Shown here: in pieces, positions 9,558 through 19,452 of the stretch
Layout of the letters: each line of letters starts with the position of its first letter
Position numbering within the stretch: the first letter of the stretch is position 1
From: Candidatus Nanoarchaeia archaeon
GTDB lineage: Archaea > Nanobdellota > Nanobdellia > SCGC-AAA011-G17 > GW2011-AR18
Reading direction: 5' to 3'
Length of the DNA: 64,000 nt
Assembly (NCBI GenBank): GCA_035289605.1
Contig: DATDWR010000017.1
Coordinates: forward strand, 29,981 to 93,980
Program-made: the position numbers and the translations under genes
Notes under the pieces: generated by a model
What the model was told of the DNA's origin: nothing
Database searches by the model: none
What the model saw: only the letters and a program-made list of their open reading frames with translations

Positions 9558-10586
9558 ATGCCAGATAGCAATTCCATGCTATATTTTGTATTACTATACG
9601 GGCTGTTCAGCTTTTTAGTTGTATTAATGATAACACCATGGCTAATCAGATACTTAAGAAAAATAGGACTAATAGTAAAAGACCAGAACAAAGAAGGAAA
9701 GCCATTAGTTCCAATATCAGGAGGACTTGCAGTATTATTCGGAATAATGGCAGGATTAATGGTGTTCTTATTTTTCAGGACATTTATCTCAGGAAGCACA
9801 AAAATCGGCCTTGTGCTAAATAATTATAATTTAGTAATATTACTAAGCTCAATAGTTGCCATACTTACTATAACATTAATAGGATTCCTAGATGACCTAG
9901 TGATAGACAAATCTAAAGATTACTCAAAAGGATTAAGGCAATGGCAAAAACCATTGCTGTCATTAATAGCAGCAGTGCCGCTAATGGTTACTCAAATAGG
10001 AACAACACAAATTGGACTACCATTCATAGGAGTTGTAGACTTTGGAATACTATATGCTTTACTCCTTGTGCCAATAGGATTCAGCGGAGCAGCAAACATG
10101 GTAAATATGCTAGGAGGATTCAACGGAATGGAAGCAGGAATGGGAATAGTTTATACAGGAATGCTAGGACTATATGCATACGTAAACGGATCCTATGTAG
10201 CTGCACTAATAGCATTGCTAACATTCTGCTCACTAATAGCTTTCTTTTTCTATAACAAATGCCCTGCAAAAATACTTCCAGGAGATTCTCTAACTTACCT
10301 ACTTGGAGGAGTAATGGCAGTAATTGCTATTGTAGGCAACATTGAAAGAGCAGCACTAATATGCAGCATACCATTCTTCATAGAATTCATACTAAAGGCA
10401 AGGTCAAAATTCAAAGCACAAAGCTACGGCCAATACAAAAACGGAAAAATAACATCATTACATGAAGACAAGATTTATTCATTAACGCACTTGTTCACAA
10501 GAACAGGAAAATTCACTGAAAACCAAATAACATACTCATTCATAGCATTTGAATTATTGGTGTCTAGCTTGATATGGGTCTTATAA
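9558..10586 (+). CDS. UDP-GlcNAc:dolichyl-phosphate GlcNAc-1-phosphate transferase (MraY/WecA/Alg7 family, AglH-like)
   Basis: Polytopic protein. 'FLDDLVIDK' and 'NMVNMLGGFNGMEAG' match the conserved D-D and N-x-x-N-x-x-x-G-x-N-G-L-E-x-G motifs of Alg7/AglH-type transferases. Confidence 0.85.
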   Translation: MPDSNSMLYFVLLYGLFSFLVVLMITPWLIRYLRKIGLIVKDQNKEGKPLVPISGGLAVLFGIMAGLMVFLFFRTFISGSTKIGLVLNNYNLVILLSSIVAILTITLIGFLDDLVIDKSKDYSKGLRQWQKPLLSLIAAVPLMVTQIGTTQIGLPFIGVVDFGILYALLLVPIGFSGAANMVNMLGGFNGMEAGMGIVYTGMLGLYAYVNGSYVAALIALLTFCSLIAFFFYNKCPAKILPGDSLTYLLGGVMAVIAIVGNIERAALICSIPFFIEFILKARSKFKAQSYGQYKNGKITSLHEDKIYSLTHLFTRTGKFTENQITYSFIAFELLVSSLIWVL

Positions 10587-10604
10587 TTTTTGCTAGTATA
10601 GAAT

Positions 10605-11144
10605 TTAGACAATACAGCTATGCTTATATACAGTTACCCCACTTTCTACTATCTTCTTCCAACTCCATCCTTTATAGTGAGTTAAAGTTTGCCCTCTAAC
10701 GAATGAAACTTCTTCCCTTGTAGGCTGCAAGCCAATTTGCAATGTTATTTCTCTGTTGCTCACTTTTCCTCTTTTATCAATAATCTCATCACCTGCGCTT
10801 CTCATTTTTTCAAGCAAGCCCTTTTTCATAATTACAGTTGATTGCGGTTCTTTATACATCCCATATTCTTCAATATGCCTCTCCATTTCTGCCATTAGCA
10901 TGATTTGCAGCCTATGCCTAAGATCACGAACAGAACCATTATATCCAAATGCAGGAATCATCTCAGACAACAAATCTCCAGCTGCATCACCTGCAATACT
11001 TGATGAAAGTCTATAAAAACTAAAATGGGAAGTATCAGCAAGATCATTTGTTCTGCCTTTTACTTTTTCCAATATTCCCGGCAGTTTACTTTCTATATAA
11101 GCCTCTATCCTTACAGAAATATCATCAGTTTGCATACTACACAC
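10605..11144 (-). CDS. Hypothetical protein
   Basis: 179-aa ORF, compositionally less Lys/Ile/Asn-rich than its neighbours. No motif recognised. Confidence 0.4.
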   Translation of the reverse strand: MCSMQTDDISVRIEAYIESKLPGILEKVKGRTNDLADTSHFSFYRLSSSIAGDAAGDLLSEMIPAFGYNGSVRDLRHRLQIMLMAEMERHIEEYGMYKEPQSTVIMKKGLLEKMRSAGDEIIDKRGKVSNREITLQIGLQPTREEVSFVRGQTLTHYKGWSWKKIVESGVTVYKHSCIV

Positions 11145-11253
11145 TAAATACAGAAACGTAATATTATTAAGGCTATTTATAACTAAAATCTTATTTAAGT
11201 TTAAAAATTATGTCATTAGCAAAAATATAAAAATACCTAATTTTGAATAAATT

Positions 11254-12534
11254 TTGGTGAATTTCATAAAAACCTTGCTAAAATACGAGAAAGATGACAG
11301 CCTTATAAGAGATGGAATAATATTATTTACAGCAACAATGATAGGAAACTTTGCATCTTTCCTATATCATTTCGGGATGGGAAGATTTCTTGGTCCAGTT
11401 GAATACGGAGCATTAGGAGCAATACTATCAATATTTTACTTTATATTAGTCCCATTCAATGTAATACAAACAACAATATCAAAATTTGTCGCAAAATTCA
11501 AGGCAGAAAACGAAGAGAAAAAAATAAATTACCTTTTCTACAAGTCAATAAAAAAATTATTTATAATAGGAATAATCAGCACAATAATATTCTTAATACT
11601 CAGCCCAATAATAGCAGATTTTGTAAAGATAAAAACAATAAACATGATTATATTGGCAATAATAATACCATTTGCATTACTGCTTCCAATAAACAGAGGA
11701 GTATTCCAAGGACTACAAACATTCAAAAAACTTGGAGCCAACATAATAATAGAAACTACAGCAAAGCTTGCAGTAGGATTCATGCTCGTGCTTATTGGAT
11801 ACAGGTTAATCGGGGCAGTGATAGGATTAGTAGCAGCATATGTTATACCTTTTATAATATCAATAATACAGCTAAAAAAATATTACTCAAAATATCAGCA
11901 AGACATAAAACAAAAAGAAATATACAAATACTCAATACCTGTACTTATAACACTACTAAGCTTAACAGCATTCTACAGCGTTGATGTAATAATAATAAAG
12001 CACTACATGAGTGAGACAGATGCAGGATATTATGCAGCAACTGCAATACTCGGGAGAATAGTATTCTTTGCAACACTTGCAATATCAATGGTTATGTTCC
12101 CGAAAGTTGCAGAAATGGACGCAATGAAAAAACCCAACAAGCATATACTGAACAAAGCCTTGGCACTAGTTGCAATTGTAGGATTGGGAATAACTCTAGG
12201 ATACTTTTTACTTCCAAAACTTGTAGTACTTTTACTATTTGGAAAAGACTTCCTGCCGATAACCAAATACATTACAGCATTTGCATTTTTGATGTCGTTC
12301 TTTTCATTAATCTATCTTACAGCAATGTACAACCTGTCAATAAACAGAACAAAATTCATATATATACTACTAGTGTTCAACATAATAGAAATAATAGCTT
12401 TAGCAATCATGCACAATTCAATAGCACAAGCAATAACAATTATGACAATAATTATGGTGCTAATGTTTATAATTCTATTGCTATACACATATAAAAATGC
12501 CAAAACTATCAATAGTAATACCCGCGTACAATGA
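11254..12534 (+). CDS. Polysaccharide/oligosaccharide flippase (MOP superfamily, Wzx-like)
   Basis: About 12-14 TM helices and N-terminal 'GMGRFLGPVEYGALGA', as in polysaccharide biosynthesis (Wzx) proteins. Needs a TTG/GTG start. Confidence 0.7.
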   Translation: MVNFIKTLLKYEKDDSLIRDGIILFTATMIGNFASFLYHFGMGRFLGPVEYGALGAILSIFYFILVPFNVIQTTISKFVAKFKAENEEKKINYLFYKSIKKLFIIGIISTIIFLILSPIIADFVKIKTINMIILAIIIPFALLLPINRGVFQGLQTFKKLGANIIIETTAKLAVGFMLVLIGYRLIGAVIGLVAAYVIPFIISIIQLKKYYSKYQQDIKQKEIYKYSIPVLITLLSLTAFYSVDVIIIKHYMSETDAGYYAATAILGRIVFFATLAISMVMFPKVAEMDAMKKPNKHILNKALALVAIVGLGITLGYFLLPKLVVLLLFGKDFLPITKYITAFAFLMSFFSLIYLTAMYNLSINRTKFIYILLVFNIIEIIALAIMHNSIAQAITIMTIIMVLMFIILLLYTYKNAKTINSNTRVQ

Positions 12535-13243
12535 AGAGAAAAGGATCTCAAAAACCTTAGATGAATACTGTAAATTCTTTAATAAAATATATAAAGATAA
12601 TTTTGAAATAAGAATAATACTAAATGGCTGTAAAGATAATACATTGGATGTTGTAAGAAACACAGCAAAAATGTACAAACAAATAAAATATACAGACATA
12701 AAAGAAGCAATAGGAAAAGGAGGATCTGTAATAGAAGGATTCAAGCAAGCAGAAGGAGAACTAATAGGATTTGTAGATGCAGACAACTCAACAAAAGCAG
12801 AATACTTCTATGATCTAGTGAAAAACATAAATGAATATGACTGCGCAATAGCTTCAAGATGGATTGAAGGAGCAAAAGTAAACCCTCCACAACCACTAAA
12901 AAGAAGAATAGCATCACGTACATTCAATGCTCTTGTAAGAATTCTATTCAACATAAATGTATATGATAGCCAGTGCGGAGCCAAGCTATTCAAAAAACAA
13001 GCAATCAAAGAGATCATACCTTCTCTAGGAATTACTAGATGGGCTTTCGATGTTGATTTACTATATCAACTAAAGAAGAGAAAAAGAACTATATTAGAAA
13101 TCCCCACTATATGGAGCGATACTCTAGGGTCTAACCTAGATATAAAAAAGGCATCAAAAGAAATGTTCCTAGCAATAGCAAGACTAAGACTAATATACTC
13201 GCCATTCAAATTCATAGTAAAAATATATGACAAACTAACATGA
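12497..13243 (+). CDS. Family 2 glycosyltransferase (dolichyl-phosphate hexosyltransferase-like)
   Basis: 'LSIVIPAYNEEKRI', 'VDADN' (DxD) and 'QCGAKLF' are typical of GT2 DPM/DPG synthase-like enzymes. Confidence 0.85.
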   Translation: MPKLSIVIPAYNEEKRISKTLDEYCKFFNKIYKDNFEIRIILNGCKDNTLDVVRNTAKMYKQIKYTDIKEAIGKGGSVIEGFKQAEGELIGFVDADNSTKAEYFYDLVKNINEYDCAIASRWIEGAKVNPPQPLKRRIASRTFNALVRILFNINVYDSQCGAKLFKKQAIKEIIPSLGITRWAFDVDLLYQLKKRKRTILEIPTIWSDTLGSNLDIKKASKEMFLAIARLRLIYSPFKFIVKIYDKLT

Positions 13244-14181
13244 AAACTAAAGCAAGCTTCCTAATAGCAGCGCACAATGAAGAGAAATGCATAGGAAAAG
13301 TGCTTGAAAACCTAAAAAACTTAAAAAAAGAATTTCTTAACATAGAAGTCATAGTAGGAAACGACGGAAGCACAGACAAAACATCAGAAATCGTTGACAG
13401 ATACAAATTTGTAAAACACATACACTTAAACGAAAGGAAAGGAAAGAATGCAGTCATAAACAAGATAATAAAAAAAGCAGATGGAGAGATCATAATAATA
13501 CACGACGCTGACTGGCTTTTCAAGGTAAATGACAAGAAAGACTTTCAAAAAATGCTCTCATGGTTTGATGACAAGAAAGTTGGAGGTGTAGCAGAATCAT
13601 TTCCAATAGAATATGAGACAGACAACCAGCAGAACACAACAGCTTATCTCGGAAACATGTACGGCACATACTTATGGATAGAATTCCTGAAAGAAAAATA
13701 TACTTACAAAGAAAATGAATTAAGACTTGCAGACCCTTCAAAAAAAGGATTTCCATTCCTAGTAAACATATTCAGGAAAAATTTGTATAAAAACAATACC
13801 ACACTTGGAGATGATTTTGAAAGGACATTAGACATTCTGAACAATGGATATAAAGTAATAGTGCTTGACGATCCTAAAATGCCAAGAATGCACACACTAA
13901 CACCTTACATAAACTATAAAGACATTTTAAAACAGAAAAAAAGAACAGAAAAGGCAAGGTCGCAAGTATTCAGAAAATATAACATAGATATAGGATTACT
14001 TAATTTTTACATTCCATTATTCGTTTATTATATGAAAAACCTGGGGAAAACAAAAACATTCAAAGGAGCATTCTCATTGTTTATCTGGATAGCAATGTTT
14101 ATTTATGCTTCGCTGATATCAAAAATAAAAAACAGAAAACTAACAACAGAAAAAGGCTGGCTCATGAGGGCAAGAAGATGA
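13240..14181 (+). CDS. Family 2 glycosyltransferase
   Basis: 'FLIAAHNEEKCI', 'VGNDGSTD' and 'IHDADW'. ATGA overlap with the upstream GT2 gene. Confidence 0.75.
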   Translation: MKTKASFLIAAHNEEKCIGKVLENLKNLKKEFLNIEVIVGNDGSTDKTSEIVDRYKFVKHIHLNERKGKNAVINKIIKKADGEIIIIHDADWLFKVNDKKDFQKMLSWFDDKKVGGVAESFPIEYETDNQQNTTAYLGNMYGTYLWIEFLKEKYTYKENELRLADPSKKGFPFLVNIFRKNLYKNNTTLGDDFERTLDILNNGYKVIVLDDPKMPRMHTLTPYINYKDILKQKKRTEKARSQVFRKYNIDIGLLNFYIPLFVYYMKNLGKTKTFKGAFSLFIWIAMFIYASLISKIKNRKLTTEKGWLMRARR

Positions 14182-14702
14182 AGAGACTAAATATCGGGTG
14201 CGGACCAGACATAAAACCAAAAGAAGAAGGATGGATAAACCTAGATGAATTAAAGCTCAAAGGCGTGGACATAGTGCACTCACTAAACAAATTTCCATAC
14301 CCATTCAAGGAGAATGAAATAGACGAAGTGTTCTGCTCGCACATACTAGAGCATGTAGACGATTTAGTAAAAGTAATGAAAGAAATTCACAGAATATGCA
14401 AGAACAATGCGAAAATAACAATAAGAGTGCCACACTTCAGCTGCGGAACAAACTACAGGGATCCTACGCATAAAAGATACTTCTCATACTTCACATTTGA
14501 CTTCTTTGACGAAGAATGCTATTATGATACACCAAAATTCAAGACTGAAAAAAGAGAACTAAACTTTTCAAGACTAGCTTTTACTTCAATAAATTACATA
14601 ATGAATCCAATAATAAATCTGTCGCCAGCAATATATGAAAGATTCTTCTGCTGGATGCTGCCAACATCAGAGGTTATAGTAGAACTAAAGGTGATAAAAT
14701 GA
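14178..14702 (+). CDS. Class I SAM-dependent methyltransferase
   Basis: 'LNIGCGPD' Gly-rich SAM motif and 'CSHILEHV'. 4-nt overlaps with both neighbours. Confidence 0.7.
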   Translation: MKRLNIGCGPDIKPKEEGWINLDELKLKGVDIVHSLNKFPYPFKENEIDEVFCSHILEHVDDLVKVMKEIHRICKNNAKITIRVPHFSCGTNYRDPTHKRYFSYFTFDFFDEECYYDTPKFKTEKRELNFSRLAFTSINYIMNPIINLSPAIYERFFCWMLPTSEVIVELKVIK

Positions 14703-15883
14703 ATAAAGTAGTAATATGCTATGACTTCCTGCTTGGATTCGGCGGACTGGAAAGAGTTATGGCATTCCAGGCAAACTCATTAAAACAAGAATTTGACACA
14801 ACAGTATCATTTGCAAGCGTGAAAAAAGATGTGGCTGAAGACATGTTCAAAGGCTTGAAAGTTGAAGAACACTCAATAAAAAAGTTAAAATTAAGCTTTT
14901 TAAAAATTATGTACTCGTTCATAAATAAAACACTGCTGAAAAAATACAACGATGCAAACTGCTTCATAAGCCACAGCTACATATGCTCAAGAATGTGCAG
15001 TTACATGAAGAAAAAATATAATATACCATTCGTAGTTTACGTACACCATCCGCCAAATTTTTTATATTTGCAGGACAAGAAAACAAATTACTGGGGACTT
15101 GACATAGGAAGAGGAATAGCATTAATGGCAGGAATTATATTAGGGCCATTATTAAGAATAGATGACAAGAACTGCATAAAAAGTGCAGACAGAGTATTAG
15201 TTAACAGCAACTACACAAAAGGAAGAATAAAACAAATATATGGTGTTGAGCCAATAGTATGCTATCCAACAATAAACAAAATATTTAAATTACATGACAA
15301 GGGCGAGTGCGAATACGTCCTTAAAAAATATGATATAAACAGCAAGTTCATATTCTGCCACGGCAGACTAATTCCAGACAAAAGATATGAAATGCTAGTG
15401 GAAGCACTTGCATATATTACAGACAAAGACCTGCTTGTAGTGTTCAGTGGAAACATAAATGAAAATTATAAAATACAACTTTTAGAATTAGCCAATAAAC
15501 TTGGAGTAAAAAACAAGATGAAATTCTTAGGGTTCATACCAGATAACGACCTTATAGCATTATACAATCTTGCAGAAGTATTTGCATTCCCTGCAACAAA
15601 AGAAGATTTTGGCTTAGTGCCTATAGAAGCAATAGCATGCGGATGCCCAGCAGTTGCATGGAACGACAATGCAGGACCATCTGAAATAATAACAGACGGT
15701 ATCAATGGTTATTTGGCTAATGCATACGATGTAAAGGACTTTGCAAACAAGATAGAAAAAATAATCGTAGAAGATTTCAAGAAAAAAAACAGAAACAAAA
15801 TAGCAGAATCTGCAAAAAAATTCTCAGACAGCGAACATTCCAAAATTATAAAGGAAACAGTTAGTAGCTTAATTCATAAATAA
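14699..15883 (+). CDS. Family 4 (GT-B, Glycos_transf_1) glycosyltransferase
   Basis: 'EDFGLVPIEAIACGCPAVAW' is the E-x7-E region of GT4 enzymes. Confidence 0.85.
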   Translation: MNKVVICYDFLLGFGGLERVMAFQANSLKQEFDTTVSFASVKKDVAEDMFKGLKVEEHSIKKLKLSFLKIMYSFINKTLLKKYNDANCFISHSYICSRMCSYMKKKYNIPFVVYVHHPPNFLYLQDKKTNYWGLDIGRGIALMAGIILGPLLRIDDKNCIKSADRVLVNSNYTKGRIKQIYGVEPIVCYPTINKIFKLHDKGECEYVLKKYDINSKFIFCHGRLIPDKRYEMLVEALAYITDKDLLVVFSGNINENYKIQLLELANKLGVKNKMKFLGFIPDNDLIALYNLAEVFAFPATKEDFGLVPIEAIACGCPAVAWNDNAGPSEIITDGINGYLANAYDVKDFANKIEKIIVEDFKKKNRNKIAESAKKFSDSEHSKIIKETVSSLIHK

Positions 15884-17333
15884 TCAAAAGCAGCTGATCA
15901 TTTTTATCTTTATATGTCATAATAGGAATAAAATTATCCTTGTGCACTTCAGGGAATTTATAGACCCAATCAGGATGCCTCTCAAAAACAGACAACACCA
16001 TAAACTTAGGCTTATAAGTATCTATATCCTTCTCCAGCTGCTTCTCATCGCTGCCCCAACCAATAACTTTTCTTTCAGAGTAATAAACTGTCTGAGGCTC
16101 TGAAGCAGTAACAATAATGTCTGTATTATTGCTATTAGTCTTCATCCACAGAGCAGCATCCTTAACTTCAGAATAACTACTGCTCTTCTGCATGATCATT
16201 GCATGAGCCAAAGTCAGCTGTGAATAAGCACCAAGAAGCAAAACAAAAAGGATAATAAAAAAAGTAACATTTTTACTTAAACCAGAAAAGTACTTCAAGC
16301 AATAGAAAATTCCCTTGCCTATAAAAAAGAACATTGGAACTGCAACAAGTATAACCCACCTATCTTCAGCAATCCTGAGGTAAAAAATGAAAAATGCCAA
16401 AGTGACAACAAGAATAAGAAGGTTAAACAAGTCCGCCCTGAGATTTTTACTTTCTTCTTTTCTCAATAAGTCGTATCCTAAAAAAAGATTAATCAAGGTT
16501 ATCAAGCCAATAATAAATAACACAAAGTACAAGAAGCTCAATGCATCTGCACCTGTGAAGATTTTAAAAAATTTCAAGATGTACCAACCAAAAGGAGCTT
16601 TAGACTCAACCTGGCTGCTATAACCTGAAGTAAAGGCTAGAACATTGTCATAATTTATTTTATTAGATATCAAGTAAGGGACAACAATAACTATGGAAAT
16701 CAATGAAGAGATCCATACCTCCTTTCTTTTCAAGAATTTAAAACCCTCAATAATAAACAAGAAAAGCAAATATACTAAAATTATCAAAACACTCTGAGTT
16801 CTAGACAAAAATGCAAGTGACAAAAATGCTGCACTAAAATACAAATATTTGCCTTTGTTCATTGTATACCATTTCCAGAAAAAGTAAATTGACAGCAGCT
16901 GGAAAAATAAAGCTAAAAAGTCAGGCTGAAACCTTGTGGTCCAAAAGATGCTAACCCAAAAAATAGACATTATGAAGCTGCCAACCAATCCAATATTTTT
17001 ATCATACATGTCCCTGCCTAAAAAGTACATAACAACAGCACTGCCTATAGACGGGATTAAAACTACAAAAAATTTAACCATAGCTTCACTAAAACCAAGC
17101 TTAAAGAGCAAGCCTGCAATAACAGGAAACAAAACAGCATGCTGAGGGTTGGGCCTGTAAGGAACATCAAAAAACCAGTGCTTTGCAGTTGACAAATAAC
17201 CAGCTTCATCCCACCAAACTGCAGAGTTTACTTCTAAATAATAAAGCCTTACAAGAAAACCTAAGATTATTATAAGCAAGAACAGAAAATTATGCTTTTC
17301 CTTAACCCACAGGATTATTTTCTCCTTGTTCAT
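15861..17333 (-). CDS. GT-C membrane glycosyltransferase (ArnT/PMT-like, GT39/83)
   Basis: About 11-12 TM helices. The first extracytoplasmic loop 'VWWDEAGYLSTAKHW' carries the DE-x-x-Y motif typical of ArnT/PMT_2 proteins. C-terminal soluble domain. Confidence 0.65.
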   Translation of the reverse strand: MNKEKIILWVKEKHNFLFLLIIILGFLVRLYYLEVNSAVWWDEAGYLSTAKHWFFDVPYRPNPQHAVLFPVIAGLLFKLGFSEAMVKFFVVLIPSIGSAVVMYFLGRDMYDKNIGLVGSFIMSIFWVSIFWTTRFQPDFLALFFQLLSIYFFWKWYTMNKGKYLYFSAAFLSLAFLSRTQSVLIILVYLLFLFIIEGFKFLKRKEVWISSLISIVIVVPYLISNKINYDNVLAFTSGYSSQVESKAPFGWYILKFFKIFTGADALSFLYFVLFIIGLITLINLFLGYDLLRKEESKNLRADLFNLLILVVTLAFFIFYLRIAEDRWVILVAVPMFFFIGKGIFYCLKYFSGLSKNVTFFIILFVLLLGAYSQLTLAHAMIMQKSSSYSEVKDAALWMKTNSNNTDIIVTASEPQTVYYSERKVIGWGSDEKQLEKDIDTYKPKFMVLSVFERHPDWVYKFPEVHKDNFIPIMTYKDKNDQLLLIIYELSY

Positions 17334-17369
17334 TAAGAATTTTATTTAGACATTAATTTATAAAGTTAT

Positions 17370-17681
17370 TTAAAAATTTTCCCTACTTGTAGGTTGGCGT
17401 TGAAATCTCTGTGCTTCAATATGAACTCTTCTTTCTACTTCCCCAATTTTAGCTAATTCTTCTCCAAATGCGTCTAGAGTAGCTATCTTACCTTTTACAG
17501 AATGCTTTAATACAACGCCATTTCTTAAGTAATAAATACTATCATGTCCATTAGCGCTATTTTTGTACACGCCAACCCTCTTTGCTTCATGACTAACTAA
17601 TAGAAATGTTAAATAAACATCAAATGATAAATCACCATAAAATCCACCAGCATGTCCTTTATAAATTCTTCTTTCAATCAT
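17370..17681 (-). CDS. Hypothetical protein
   Basis: 103-aa ORF filling the gap. Composition is Gly/Arg/Val/His-rich, distinct from the neighbours. Confidence 0.35.
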   Translation of the reverse strand: MIERRIYKGHAGGFYGDLSFDVYLTFLLVSHEAKRVGVYKNSANGHDSIYYLRNGVVLKHSVKGKIATLDAFGEELAKIGEVERRVHIEAQRFQRQPTSRENF

Positions 17682-17840
17682 AAATTTCTATTTATCTAAA
17701 AATATATAAGATTATCGCCAGCCCGAACTTGCTCCTTTTCACTCCTCACATTCTTTACTTCATATATCAGAGAAACTAATAACAATCAAAAGAAAATTTT
17801 CCTAATAAAGTTTATATACCAATAATAAAAAATATTATTC

Positions 17841-18668
17841 ATGTTCAAATGGTACGGGTTCTTAGGAATCCTGATGATATTATTTGTAGAGGTGAACTTC
17901 TTTCTAAAAATACAGCCATTTGCAAACTTTTATTTTCCAATAGTGTGGCTTGGTTATATTTTACTGATAGACTCTATAGTATACAAACTAAAAAAGAATT
18001 CATTAATATCAAATAGATTTTACCAATTTCTAGGAATTGTAATTATATCGGCAATGATATGGTGGATTTTTGAGCTATTGAACTTTTCAGTAGCAAACTG
18101 GAATTATGTCCACACAACTGAAATGTCACCTTATGCATCCATAATTATGAAGAATCTAGCATTTGCAACAGTATTACCTGCATTCTTTGAAACTGTTGAA
18201 TTAATCAGATCAATACACTTATTTGACAAGAAAAAGTTAAAGAAAAAGCACAAAATAAGCAAAACTTTGCTGCATACATTTATAATTTTAGGAATAATTT
18301 CATTTATACTGCCATTTTTATTGCCGAAACTAGCATTTCCCTTAATATGGCTAAGCTTCTTCTTGATACTGGAACCAATAAATTATTTACATAAACAGCC
18401 AAGCATAATAGGACATTTAAAGGACAAGCGCCTGGTGATTCCATTGTCTCTTTTGCTTGCTGGAATAATAATGGGGTTCTTCTGGGAATTCTGGAACTAT
18501 TGGGCTGTAAGAAAATGGATTTATGACATACCATACCTAGGATTCTTTAAAATATTTGAGATGCCAATACTTGGATACTTTGGATATTTCCCATTCGCAT
18601 TTGAGTTATATGCAATGTACTGGTTTGTAAGAAGCTTGTTCGTGCATAAGGAACACTTGCTAGAATAA
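17841..18668 (+). CDS. Integral membrane protein, unknown function
   Basis: 275 aa with about 8 hydrophobic helices and Trp-rich 'FFWEFWNYWAVRKW'. Confidence 0.5.
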   Translation: MFKWYGFLGILMILFVEVNFFLKIQPFANFYFPIVWLGYILLIDSIVYKLKKNSLISNRFYQFLGIVIISAMIWWIFELLNFSVANWNYVHTTEMSPYASIIMKNLAFATVLPAFFETVELIRSIHLFDKKKLKKKHKISKTLLHTFIILGIISFILPFLLPKLAFPLIWLSFFLILEPINYLHKQPSIIGHLKDKRLVIPLSLLLAGIIMGFFWEFWNYWAVRKWIYDIPYLGFFKIFEMPILGYFGYFPFAFELYAMYWFVRSLFVHKEHLLE

Positions 18669-18992
18669 TCTTTGAATCCTTTTTTCTTCAGCTATATAAT
18701 GTTCATCTCTTGCATATGCATCTGCTATTAAATCAATTGCATCCACATTAGGATCAGCAACAGAACTTTTAGGATAAGTAGTTTTACCATCTAAAATATA
18801 CATAACTTCTGTATCTTTTACTATAACTTGAACTTGTCTTCCGTTAACAGTAATTTCACAACTTGGCAAATCACCAACTTTAAAATCTTTAACCTCATCA
18901 AGAGACAATAATTTTCTTCCTAGTCTGACAGAAATTTTTCCAGATCCAAACGCTTCTGTTATATCAGCCATTTTACTTCTTACGATTATCAT
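18660..18992 (-). CDS. Hypothetical protein
   Basis: 110-aa ORF. No motif recognised. Confidence 0.35.
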   Translation of the reverse strand: MIIVRSKMADITEAFGSGKISVRLGRKLLSLDEVKDFKVGDLPSCEITVNGRQVQVIVKDTEVMYILDGKTTYPKSSVADPNVDAIDLIADAYARDEHYIAEEKRIQRLF

Positions 18993-19020
18993 GTATTTAA
19001 ATTTTTATATTTTTAAATGT

Positions 19021-19452
19021 TTATTTTACAAATTCACTAGCCCAATCCTTATACCTTTTTTTGACAACATCAGGGAGTGACTCAAAAGGTTTAATAAATT
19101 TTCTGCACTTTGAAGAACCGCAGCAACACTCAATTTTATATTTATGATATATAGTAGTAGAATAATCAATTGTTATTTCTTCACCTTTTCCAATATCTCT
19201 CATGGCGATAACCTTGTTTAATTGTTTAATGCCACAATTTGGATCGCAAGAATGGTTAAGATAAACTCCAGGATTGTCCTTATATGGATTAATGAATTTA
19301 TTCCTACCTATCTGCAAACTAGTGAAATTTGCCTTAGGCCAACCAACAATCTCTCCTGAAAATTCAAAAATAAACTCGCCTTTAGAAAAATTTTTATCAG
19401 TAAAAACACCGCTGCCTTCCTTACTAGACTTTTTTATCAACAAGCCTTCCAT
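19021..19452 (-). CDS. SET-domain protein lysine methyltransferase
   Basis: 'GSGVFT', 'NHSCDPN', 'GEEITIDY' and the post-SET Cys cluster 'CCCGSSKCRKF'. Confidence 0.85.
   Translation of the reverse strand: MEGLLIKKSSKEGSGVFTDKNFSKGEFIFEFSGEIVGWPKANFTSLQIGRNKFINPYKDNPGVYLNHSCDPNCGIKQLNKVIAMRDIGKGEEITIDYSTTIYHKYKIECCCGSSKCRKFIKPFESLPDVVKKRYKDWASEFVK

Noticed and set aside
17700-17760. GC-richer segment (ATCGCCAGCCCGAACTTGCTCC...) checked as a tRNA or tRNA half
   Set aside because: There is no acceptor, T-arm or anticodon arm pairing and no GTTCRANYC-type T-loop. It is most likely the upstream region of the 17370-17681 ORF.
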